Assembly: GCA_964428965.1 (NCBI GenBank)
Contig: CAYSAF010000001.1
Location: forward strand, 11,242 to 75,241
Direction: 5' to 3'
Length of the DNA stretch: 64,000 bases
Source of the DNA: Candidatus Woesearchaeota archaeon
GTDB lineage: Archaea; Nanobdellota; Nanobdellia; SCGC-AAA011-G17; VGLX01
Shown: positions 56,633 to 64,000 of the stretch, one piece after another
Numbering within the stretch: position 1 is the first letter of the stretch
Layout: each line of letters begins with the position of its first letter
The notes under the pieces: generated by a model
What the model was told of the DNA's origin: nothing
Database searches by the model: none
What the model saw: only the letters and a program-made list of their open reading frames with translations
Program-made: the position numbers and the translations under genes

Positions 56633-57067
56633 CTACCAGTTATGGGCATCTTCCTTAGCCAAATCAGAATGGACTTCCCCCCATTTTCTTTCCCACTCAA
56701 TTCTCTTTTCTGCGTTTCCTATAGAGAATGCCACTTTTGCACACCATAATATCGGCATCAATATAGGAAGAACAAATCCACCACAGACTACAAAAAACCA
56801 GTACACCATTGACAATGCCCAGAAGGAGACTGCGATGAGAACAAACAAACCATTGTCAGGAAGTGGAGATAAAGAGTTCCAAAAGATTAATGACAATGGA
56901 AGCAAGGAAAGAAAACCCAACCATAAAGCTACCAAAATGATAAAGACAACAATGCTAAACAGAGCTTTGTATTTATCCTTCATATTCTTCACCTCCTTTG
57001 CTAAAAGAGATTTTGAAAGTTGAAACGTGATTGAATTAGCGCTCCTCGCAATCAACCCTATCAGCAA
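56633..57067 (-). CDS. Polytopic small membrane protein (3-4 TM)
   Basis: 144 aa. The start is probably the internal MKDKYKALFSIVVFIILVALWLGFL.... Confidence 0.4.
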   Translation of the reverse strand: MLIGLIARSANSITFQLSKSLLAKEVKNMKDKYKALFSIVVFIILVALWLGFLSLLPLSLIFWNSLSPLPDNGLFVLIAVSFWALSMVYWFFVVCGGFVLPILMPILWCAKVAFSIGNAEKRIEWERKWGEVHSDLAKEDAHNW

Positions 57068-57150
57068 TGTTGTAGACCTGATAAGGCATACCGCACTTCA
57101 GACAGATGAACACCATCTTAGTTTCCATGTCAACCTCTTGAGAAGAAGTT

Positions 57151-57495
57151 TTAATGAACCTGTATCAGAAGAGAGGGGAAAGCCCCAAGAATCCCTGTTA
57201 TGATTGTTAGGGCTAGAAGAATCTTCTCGCATACCTCCTCCCCTGCAAGAAAAGGAAAACTCAACTTATGCTTAATCTTTTGAAGATAAAAAGGAAGGAC
57301 CATCACAATCCAATAGGCAGCAAAAATAGCCATGAGCTTGAAAACAATTATTGACTGATAGATATCAAGATAAGAATTGTCATCGATAAACCTTATAATT
57401 ATGTTAGCTTCCTTAACAGTGCCGTTACGAATCCCGATGATAGTGAAAACAATATCAACAATTGTGACAAAAACAAAAAACATGAAAATTTTCAT
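57151..57495 (-). CDS. Polytopic small membrane protein (4 TM)
   Basis: 114 aa with four hydrophobic helices. Confidence 0.45.
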   Translation of the reverse strand: MKIFMFFVFVTIVDIVFTIIGIRNGTVKEANIIIRFIDDNSYLDIYQSIIVFKLMAIFAAYWIVMVLPFYLQKIKHKLSFPFLAGEEVCEKILLALTIITGILGAFPSLLIQVH

Positions 57496-57648
57496 TGATC
57501 ATCTCCTTTCTTACTTTTTAGAACTACGGTATTTAAGGCGGAAAACCCCATTTGTAAAGGTCTTTCCTCTCTGAAGATTAATTAAAAAGAATTTCAACAT
57601 ATTCCAAAATATATGAAAGCACAGCCCGAGTGGAAACTATAACAAAAA

Positions 57649-59733
57649 TTATAATTTCTGGCTTATTCCGGGGTTTTCCAGGCATTTAAGAGCAGAGTCT
57701 GTTGGTTTGAGAACCTTTTTCCAACCTTTCTCGTTCTTTAACGCCTCAACTTTCAGTAACCCCATGTCCACAAGTTTTTTCTTAAGTCTATCTCCTTTGC
57801 GAGGTGATAAACCTAGATACTTGTAAATTTGGCTTGTCCCGTATTGTGGGTTTTTGGATACGAAATCCAATAGGTTTTTTTGTGTTTTGTTTAGTGAACA
57901 TGAAACTGAAGTATCTTCATACTTAATTGATGGTATTACCTCTCCTATGACCCCTTTATTAATCTTTTGGTTACGTTGGGTAAGAACAACATGCACAACA
58001 GCCCTGTTAACGTCAGCATACTTGTAGCCAGAGTTAAGCAGGCTCTCCTTAATCAGCTTAAGGTTAAAGCCTTGGTCAAGCTGCTCATTTATGTATTCAA
58101 CCAAAAATTCTTGTATGTGATTCAGCAAAGCTCCTTTTGGAATTATAACGCGCTTGCCAGCCTTCAAAGCCTCTTCCCTCCTCTTGTTGTCCTCATCAAC
58201 AATCCTCTGGGAGTTAGTTACAAGCACTTCTTGCATCTGCTTGTAAGCATCACCTGTGTCAACGCCTGAAATCTTGAACACCTCATCAATACGCTTTAAC
58301 TCCTTAACAACCTTCTCAGGCTTTGAAGCATCCTTGAACCTCTCATACTTCTCCTTAACCGTGATTATCTTCTTCATGCGCTTAGCGACTGAGTCGTCAG
58401 TCACAGCCTCATTCTTCAGATCAACGAAAGGAACATCTATCAGGAATGGATCATAATAACGCTCGGCAAGCTTAACTATAGCCTGACCAACAGGAAGCAT
58501 AGAGAAGTACTTCTTCCTGTCCCTCAGCTGCATAATCCCGGAAACAGTCTCAACATCCTGGTAAAGCATCTGCTGGAATGCTATGTTACAAGCAGAGTTA
58601 CCTGCAACTGTATCACTCAACTTAGAGATGTGCTGGTCCAAACAGATCAGGCCTACACCGTACTCTCTTATCTCCCTGTAAACCATATCGGTAACAGATT
58701 CCTTGATGAAGTGAGGCCTCTCCTTAAGGAAGATGTTGTGAGCCTCGTCAACAAGAATAGCATTCTTAAAGCTCTCAGAAAAGCCCTCCTGGTTACACTT
58801 TTTTGACTTGTAAACGTAAGTAAGCAGGAACTCGCAGAAGAACTTCTTCTCGATATTAGACAAAGAGTTCAACTCGAAAATTACCTTCTTATCAAGCAGT
58901 TCCTCAACGGTGAGACCGAATCTATCCTTATGGTTAACAGCCTCGCCAAAAGGACCGAAAGTGAGAACGTGAGCAATCCTCAAGGCAGATGTCAACCATT
59001 CAGACTCACGACCCCTCCTCTTTAAGTTCTTTGACTTTTCATCAAGCCTGTCCTTAATCTGATACCAGGTCGGGTAGTTTTCAGAGCCTTCATAAACACC
59101 GAAGTCCCTAAAAGCCTCATCAAGGGTTTCAGACAAAAACTTATGGACACCGTAACTAGCGAAGAAGGATTCTGTAACCAAGTCACAAAGTGTGTTAAGC
59201 CACTCGTTAGGTGATACACCTTGAGGAGGCCTGTTAATGTTCAGCCTGAACAGGTTACTAACCCTCTCATTACCAACTGTGAAGAGCAAGACCTCCTTAT
59301 CTATAAGAGTTAAAGGCCTGAAGCTCTTCTTCCAGTCAAAAATTATGAACGGCTTGCCCTTCTCTATGAAGTTGTAGATTATGTGATAAGCAAGAGTTGT
59401 CTTACCTGAACCAGTCATACCAGAAATGCAGACGTGCCTGACCCAATCCTGCTCACGCAAGCAGAAAGGATGAAGCTTCTTGTCAGCATAGCTGACATAA
59501 GACAACGGATATTCGCCATCAACAACAGTCCTATGCGGTGGTTCTAAGAAAATCTTATCAGAAAGCAGGCTTTCACTAAGATAACTGTGATACAAAGCGC
59601 TTAAAGCCTGCTCAATCTCAGCCTTGGCCTCACGGGAATCAGCCATACGATACTTCAAGTAGAGCTGATCAATCCTAGAACCGAAAACAGGCCTAAGCTT
59701 CTTACAAATGTCCTCAACTGTTAAAGGTTCCAT
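57649..59733 (-). CDS. FtsK/HerA/VirB4-superfamily P-loop ATPase with a C-terminal winged-helix domain
   Basis: 694 aa. Walker A ISGMTGSGKTTLAYHI, then FIIFDWKKSF. Walker B ILVDEAHNIF. Sensor region GVGLICLDQHISKL. The C-terminal ~90 aa (LLDFVSKNPQYGTSQIYKYLGLSPRKGDRLKKKLVDMGLL) is wHTH-like. No TM segments. Confidence 0.65.
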   Translation of the reverse strand: MEPLTVEDICKKLRPVFGSRIDQLYLKYRMADSREAKAEIEQALSALYHSYLSESLLSDKIFLEPPHRTVVDGEYPLSYVSYADKKLHPFCLREQDWVRHVCISGMTGSGKTTLAYHIIYNFIEKGKPFIIFDWKKSFRPLTLIDKEVLLFTVGNERVSNLFRLNINRPPQGVSPNEWLNTLCDLVTESFFASYGVHKFLSETLDEAFRDFGVYEGSENYPTWYQIKDRLDEKSKNLKRRGRESEWLTSALRIAHVLTFGPFGEAVNHKDRFGLTVEELLDKKVIFELNSLSNIEKKFFCEFLLTYVYKSKKCNQEGFSESFKNAILVDEAHNIFLKERPHFIKESVTDMVYREIREYGVGLICLDQHISKLSDTVAGNSACNIAFQQMLYQDVETVSGIMQLRDRKKYFSMLPVGQAIVKLAERYYDPFLIDVPFVDLKNEAVTDDSVAKRMKKIITVKEKYERFKDASKPEKVVKELKRIDEVFKISGVDTGDAYKQMQEVLVTNSQRIVDEDNKRREEALKAGKRVIIPKGALLNHIQEFLVEYINEQLDQGFNLKLIKESLLNSGYKYADVNRAVVHVVLTQRNQKINKGVIGEVIPSIKYEDTSVSCSLNKTQKNLLDFVSKNPQYGTSQIYKYLGLSPRKGDRLKKKLVDMGLLKVEALKNEKGWKKVLKPTDSALKCLENPGISQKL

Positions 59734-60217
59734 CGTTCTCCTTTACAAAGATTATATCATCAAAAACAGCAGCCCTAGTTTCCTTATCTTTAAACTCCCT
59801 AACCCTCTCTCTCAACTCTCTCTTAAGCTCAGCAACATCACGCCACTTGTTCACCTTCTCCTGAATCTTAACTTCATCAATCTCAACCTGCTTCTGCCTC
59901 ATCAGAAGCTGCTCCCTAGTGTTTGTGGAATCAGCCAGGGAGGTGACAAAGTTGTTAATATCCATCTTAACCTGATCAACATCACGAAGAATTTCCTTAT
60001 GCAAGACCTCCCTCTGAACCATCAAAGCCTGAATGTCCTCAATGAGCTCCTTTATCGAGAGCACCTTCTCATCCTGAAGGGCTTTGAAAAGCGCATCCTT
60101 CTGAGCGTTAAATTCCTTAAGCTTCTCACTAGGCTTAACTTCAGAAGGCCTGGCCTTCTCATCCTTCACGATTTCCCCCATGAAACCTTTCCTCAAATTC
60201 TTCATTTTTATCATCAC
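59714..60217 (-). CDS. Coiled-coil protein, first gene of the ATPase cluster
   Basis: 167 aa, K/E-rich heptad-like sequence. 20-nt overlap with the ATPase start. Confidence 0.45.
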   Translation of the reverse strand: MMIKMKNLRKGFMGEIVKDEKARPSEVKPSEKLKEFNAQKDALFKALQDEKVLSIKELIEDIQALMVQREVLHKEILRDVDQVKMDINNFVTSLADSTNTREQLLMRQKQVEIDEVKIQEKVNKWRDVAELKRELRERVREFKDKETRAAVFDDIIFVKENDGTFNS

Positions 60218-60596
60218 TTTATAATGGTAAATTATGCTTTTTTATATGATATACCCCCTTTATATACTTTTTGGTTTTCCCAGGGTCTTCCGTGTTCTTT
60301 CCGGGTTTTCCAGTGTTTTAGCAAAGCGCTTAAAGTATAAAAAAATGATTATCTTGCAGCATACAATCCATCAGCCTTAAACATCAAGAGCCAACAACTT
60401 TGACCTGCTCCGAGTTTCTTAAAACAAAGATACAAAGAGGTAAAGCATCAACACAGGTAAGCATTCTTTTACCAGCGGTTTTGCAGATTAACACATTAAC
60501 CAACTCCAGAAGCCGAATCTAGCCTCACCAAAAGAAAAAAAACCAAAACCTTTATAAACAAAAGAATTCGAGAAAAAAAGAAGTCATAATAACTAG

Positions 60597-61898
60597 GTGG
60601 AGGAATCAAATATGGCAAGACAAAAACCACACATAAACATAGTTTTTGTAGGTCACGTAGACCACGGAAAGTCTACAACAGTCGGTAGATTGATCTATGA
60701 TTCAGGCGGAATCGATGAGCAGACCATGAGAAAGCTGACAGAAACAGCAAAACAGGTAGGCAAGCCTGGTTTCGAATTCGCATTCATCATGGACCAGCTC
60801 AAAGAAGAAAGAGAAAGGGGACTGACAATAGACCTGATGCACAGAAAATTCGTAACAGACAAATTCGAGTACACAATAATTGACGCACCGGGACACAAAG
60901 ACTTCGTCAAAAACATGATCACTGGGGCAAGCCAGGCAGACGTAGCCTTCTTGGTAGTTGCTGCTGCAGAAGGAGTGATGGAACAAACCAAGGAACACGC
61001 GTGGCTATGCAGAACGCTTGGAGTGCAACAACTGGGTGTCATCGTAAACAAGATGGACACGATAAACTACGACGAAGCAAAGTTCAAGAAAGTAAAAGAA
61101 GAAGTCTCAAATCTGCTGAAAGGGATAGGCTACAAGCTGGAAGAAGTTCCATTCATACCAGTAGCAGCCCTCAAAGGAGACAACGTAGCAAAGAAATCAG
61201 ACAAGATGCCATGGTACAAGGGACCAACGATAAGAGAGCAACTAGACCTATTCAAAGAACCTGAAAAACCAGTTAACCTACCATTGAGACTACCCATCCA
61301 AGACGTGTTTAACATCACGGGAATAGGAGTAGTTCCAGTAGGAAGGGTAGAAACAGGAGTAATGAAGGTCGGCGACAACGTAATAATAGTGCCAGCAAGA
61401 GAAGGAAGAGGGGTGACTGGAGAGGTAAAGTCAATAGAGATGCACCACGAACAAATCCCAGAAGCGATACCTGGAGACAACGTAGGATTCAACATAAGGG
61501 GTATTGGAAAGAAGGACATAACGAGGGGAGACGTTCTGGGGCATGTAGACAACCCCCCAATAGTTGTTTCAGAATTCACGGCACAAATAGTGATACTAAA
61601 CCACCCAACCGTCGTCACTGCTGGTTACACACCAGTATTCCACGTGCACACAGCACAGGTGGCATGCCAACTAGTTGAGATAGAAAAACAACTAGACCCA
61701 ACAACAGGCACTGTGATAAAAGAACACCCGGACTTCATAAAGACAGGACAGGCAGCCATAGTGAAGATAAAACCAACCAAGCCATTAGTCATTGAAAAGT
61801 ACAAGGACATACCACAGATGGCAAGGTTCGCTGTTAGGGATGCCGGAGCAACAGTCGCTGCAGGAATGTGCATAGACCTGGTCAAAAAACCACTTTAA
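60597..61898 (+). CDS. tuf: Translation elongation factor 1-alpha (aEF-1A)
   Basis: 433 aa. [17 protein letters not shown] and NKMD GTPase motifs. The start may be the internal [11 protein letters not shown] (60612). Confidence 0.9.
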   Translation: MEESNMARQKPHINIVFVGHVDHGKSTTVGRLIYDSGGIDEQTMRKLTETAKQVGKPGFEFAFIMDQLKEERERGLTIDLMHRKFVTDKFEYTIIDAPGHKDFVKNMITGASQADVAFLVVAAAEGVMEQTKEHAWLCRTLGVQQLGVIVNKMDTINYDEAKFKKVKEEVSNLLKGIGYKLEEVPFIPVAALKGDNVAKKSDKMPWYKGPTIREQLDLFKEPEKPVNLPLRLPIQDVFNITGIGVVPVGRVETGVMKVGDNVIIVPAREGRGVTGEVKSIEMHHEQIPEAIPGDNVGFNIRGIGKKDITRGDVLGHVDNPPIVVSEFTAQIVILNHPTVVTAGYTPVFHVHTAQVACQLVEIEKQLDPTTGTVIKEHPDFIKTGQAAIVKIKPTKPLVIEKYKDIPQMARFAVRDAGATVAAGMCIDLVKKPL

Positions 61899-61959
61899 CT
61901 TTTTCTTTCCCTTTTTTTAATAACAAATTTTATAAAGCCATCAAAACTTAGACAAGAAC

Positions 61960-62268
61960 ATGCCAAAAGCGAGAATAAAACTAGCGAGCACGGAGATAGA
62001 CAAGCTGAACGAGATATGTGGCTCAATAAAAGAGATAGCAGAAAAGACAAAAGTAAAGATGTCAGGACCCATCCCAATACCGACGCAGAGGCTGAAAATA
62101 ACTACGAGGAGAAGCCCTTGCGGTGACGGAAAGGCAAGCTTCGAGAACTACGAGATGAGAATACACAAAAGACTAATAGACTTGGGCGTAGATGAAAGGG
62201 CTTTGAGGCTGATAATGAGGGTGCCCATACCAGAAGGCGTCTCGATAGAAATAGAGATGAAGGACTGA
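61960..62268 (+). CDS. rps10: Ribosomal protein S10
   Basis: 102 aa. [39 protein letters not shown]...RRSPCGDG...HKRLIDL. Sits in the canonical tuf-rps10 arrangement. Confidence 0.9.
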   Translation: MPKARIKLASTEIDKLNEICGSIKEIAEKTKVKMSGPIPIPTQRLKITTRRSPCGDGKASFENYEMRIHKRLIDLGVDERALRLIMRVPIPEGVSIEIEMKD

Positions 62269-62307
62269 TTCTCAAAACTTATTAAGCAATAATTCCTAAA
62301 ATTAATC

Positions 62308-62457
62308 ATGAAAAAGAAAGCAGAATACGAAAAAGTGACAATAACATGCGCTGCGTGCGGCAAGAAGATGAGGATGGTCAAACACAAGAGTCTGGACTTC
62401 AAGGGGATGCTGTGCCAGAAGTGCAGCATGCAATCAGAAAAATCTGACCATGATTAA
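62308..62457 (+). CDS. Small zinc-ribbon protein
   Basis: 49 aa (below the ORF-track cutoff). MKKKAEYEKVTITCAACGKKMRMVKHKSLDFKGMLCQKCSMQSEK has CxxC...CxxC. Confidence 0.3.
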   Translation: MKKKAEYEKVTITCAACGKKMRMVKHKSLDFKGMLCQKCSMQSEKSDHD

Positions 62458-62458
62458 G

Positions 62459-62467
62459 TTTATAAAA
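62459..62467 (+). promoter_or_regulatory. TATA-like box (tttataaaa) about 29 nt upstream of the tRNA
   Basis: Position and sequence fit an archaeal tRNA promoter. Confidence 0.35.
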
Positions 62468-62491
62468 AGAAAAGAAAACATAATTCTCGAA

Positions 62492-62598
62492 GCCGAGGTC
62501 GCATAACCTGGTATTGCGCCAGATGGTACTTAGTATCAGGCGAACCTGGAAAGCTGGTTTCCGTTTAGGATGTCAGGGTTCAAATCCCTGCCTCGGCG
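62492..62598 (+). tRNA. Intron-containing class II tRNA, probably tRNA-Ser
   Basis: 107 nt. Acceptor GCCGAGG/CCTCGGC with discriminator G. T-arm CAGGG-TTCAAAT-CCCTG. Long variable arm (~15 nt). Candidate anticodon stem GCCAG/CTGGT encloses 31 nt (loop + ~24-nt intron). Anticodon not resolved by eye. Confidence 0.55.
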
Positions 62599-62666
62599 TA
62601 GTTGTTTCTAAATGGTATTAACAAAAGAGAAAAGCTTATAAAATAGTTCCTATTATAGGTACTACT

Positions 62667-63215
62667 ATGCAAAGCAAAGAAGATATTGTGTCAGAATTGT
62701 TCTTTGACAATCCAACCAGAGAATGGCATTTTGAAGAAATAACTAAAGAGGCTGGAATAGCCAGAAGCAAGGCTGATAACTGGCTAAAACAATTTGTTAG
62801 GGAAGGAATTATTAAAAGGATCAAGAATAAGGGAAAGATGCCTTACTACATCAGCAATCACCAGTCATTCCTATACCAAAATAGGAAAAAAGTATTTGCC
62901 CTTAAGAAATTGTACGAAAGTGGCCTATTAAACCATCTAGCTTCTTTAGACAAGGCAAAAACAATCATCCTTTTCGGAAGCTTTGCCCGCTCTGACTGGT
63001 ATAAAAATTCTGACATAGACATATTCATTTACGGGAATCCTGAAGGACTCAAAATAGCAAAATACGAACTAAAACTACATCATGATATCCAACTGTTCAT
63101 TGCCCATAACAAGGAAGAACTAACCAAATTTAATCCAGGCCTGATAAGAAACATTATTAAAGGCAACCTCATTAAAGGTGATCTTGACTTCATAAAGGTG
63201 GAAATGAATGCCTAA
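62667..63215 (+). CDS. Nucleotidyltransferase (minimal NTase, Pol-beta superfamily) with an N-terminal wHTH
   Basis: 182 aa. ILFGSFARSDWYKNSDIDIFIYG is the GS-x9-DxD signature. Confidence 0.6.
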   Translation: MQSKEDIVSELFFDNPTREWHFEEITKEAGIARSKADNWLKQFVREGIIKRIKNKGKMPYYISNHQSFLYQNRKKVFALKKLYESGLLNHLASLDKAKTIILFGSFARSDWYKNSDIDIFIYGNPEGLKIAKYELKLHHDIQLFIAHNKEELTKFNPGLIRNIIKGNLIKGDLDFIKVEMNA

Positions 63216-63684
63216 ATTCCTCACACAAAAAGAAGCATACACAAAATGCAAGAAAGAAGGCTGCTTCATAGCAGTAGAAGACATAGATATTGAAAAGATA
63301 AAATCAACATTAACCATAGCTGAGGGAGATGTTGAAGCAGGCAATACCTTAAAGAAAAATATCCCTAAAGACAGCAACCAATGGAACAGCGTGTACAAAC
63401 TATACTATGATTCCCTGCATGAGCTTGTAGAAGCTTTCTTAAGATTTGACAAAATAAAATCTGACAACCATCAAGGCCTATTTGCTTATCTCTGCGAAAA
63501 ACACCCAGAGCTTGAGTTCAACTGGGATTTCTTCGAAAAAGTTAGGACTAAGAGAAACGGAATAAATTATTATGGGACCCCCGTAAAACATGAAGACTGG
63601 AAAGAAGTCACCCTACAATTCACCCTTTACATCAACAAATTAAAAGAAGAAATCAAAAAGAAACTAGGGATATTTCTGGGATGA
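63208..63684 (+). CDS. Putative HEPN-like partner of the NTase (toxin-antitoxin-like pair)
   Basis: 158 aa. 8-nt overlap with the NTase gene. Helical. The canonical Rx4-6H motif is not clearly present (RTKRNGINYYG). Confidence 0.35.
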   Translation: MPKFLTQKEAYTKCKKEGCFIAVEDIDIEKIKSTLTIAEGDVEAGNTLKKNIPKDSNQWNSVYKLYYDSLHELVEAFLRFDKIKSDNHQGLFAYLCEKHPELEFNWDFFEKVRTKRNGINYYGTPVKHEDWKEVTLQFTLYINKLKEEIKKKLGIFLG

Positions 63685-64000
63685 CCCAAGAACAACTTTA
63701 TAATACCTGCAATGACCTTTTAGGCTACTTGTTAACGAATGGTAGGAATCAAGTACAAAAACAGCGTGAAGAAAAAAGTAAAAAAATAAGTATCGACGTA
63801 TTCCCGGAGCATCACATAATCTACATGGTTGATACCCACTCGAAAACTGGAAGGACCTTTATTTTTCTACCCTTAAGTTTTATTTCATCTTCTTGATTAT
63901 AGGTCAAAATCAGTCCTTCCCTTAAATTAAATTTCTCCATTGTTTCAATTAATCCATTTAGTTCCCTTTCTTTATTGTCCTCATTTAGGATATAACATAC

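Noticed and set aside
61130-61885. Minus-strand ORFs 61130..61618 and 61625..61885
   Set aside because: Antisense to EF-1alpha.
1-64000. CRISPR arrays, rRNA genes, IS elements
   Set aside because: No regularly spaced direct repeats of 24-40 bp, no rRNA-like conserved stretches and no transposase-like ORFs were seen. The only short tandem repeats are the ATTAGGA triplet in the element.

Overview
This is a 64 kb, low-GC segment that looks archaeal, probably from a small-genome DPANN-like lineage. The evidence for archaeal origin is the presence of L7Ae, S28e and L24e, aEF-1alpha with S10, the Spt5-SecE-FtsZ arrangement, SecF/SecD, PEP synthase, archaeal-type GluRS, a class-III-signal pilin-like protein and intron-bearing tRNAs.

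Most of the window is housekeeping genes: two FtsX/MacB-type permeases, ppsA, gltX, ndk, FKBP, TrmI, a PIN-ATPase-KH protein, EndoV, PolX and radical-SAM proteins. Three accessory regions stand out.

1. An integrated element of about 13.4 kb (about 14701..28111) has inserted into, and split, an endonuclease-III-related (HhH-GPD, COG2231-like) gene. Its right end is a 598-aa tyrosine recombinase. It also carries a D5/P4-type primase-helicase, RHH and wHTH regulators, Cys-rich secreted proteins, a secreted SNase+lamin-tail nuclease, and its own intact, divergent copy of the disrupted gene.

2. A minus-strand array of about 9 kb (51182..60217) is headed by a FtsK/HerA/VirB4-superfamily ATPase with a C-terminal wHTH. 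It is followed by about ten small membrane, lipoprotein and secreted proteins and ends at a hairpin+oligo-T terminator. This is a candidate uncharacterised membrane transport or DNA-transfer-like system.

3. A block of three tandem paralogous ~166-aa proteins is transcribed divergently from two large proteins of unknown function (7710..12697).

Other notable items are a bacterial-type lipoprotein signal peptidase (LspA) together with lipobox proteins, four tRNAs of which three appear to contain introns or atypical insertions, and NTase/HEPN-type pairs. All calls come from reading the sequence and the ORF translations. No database searches were run.
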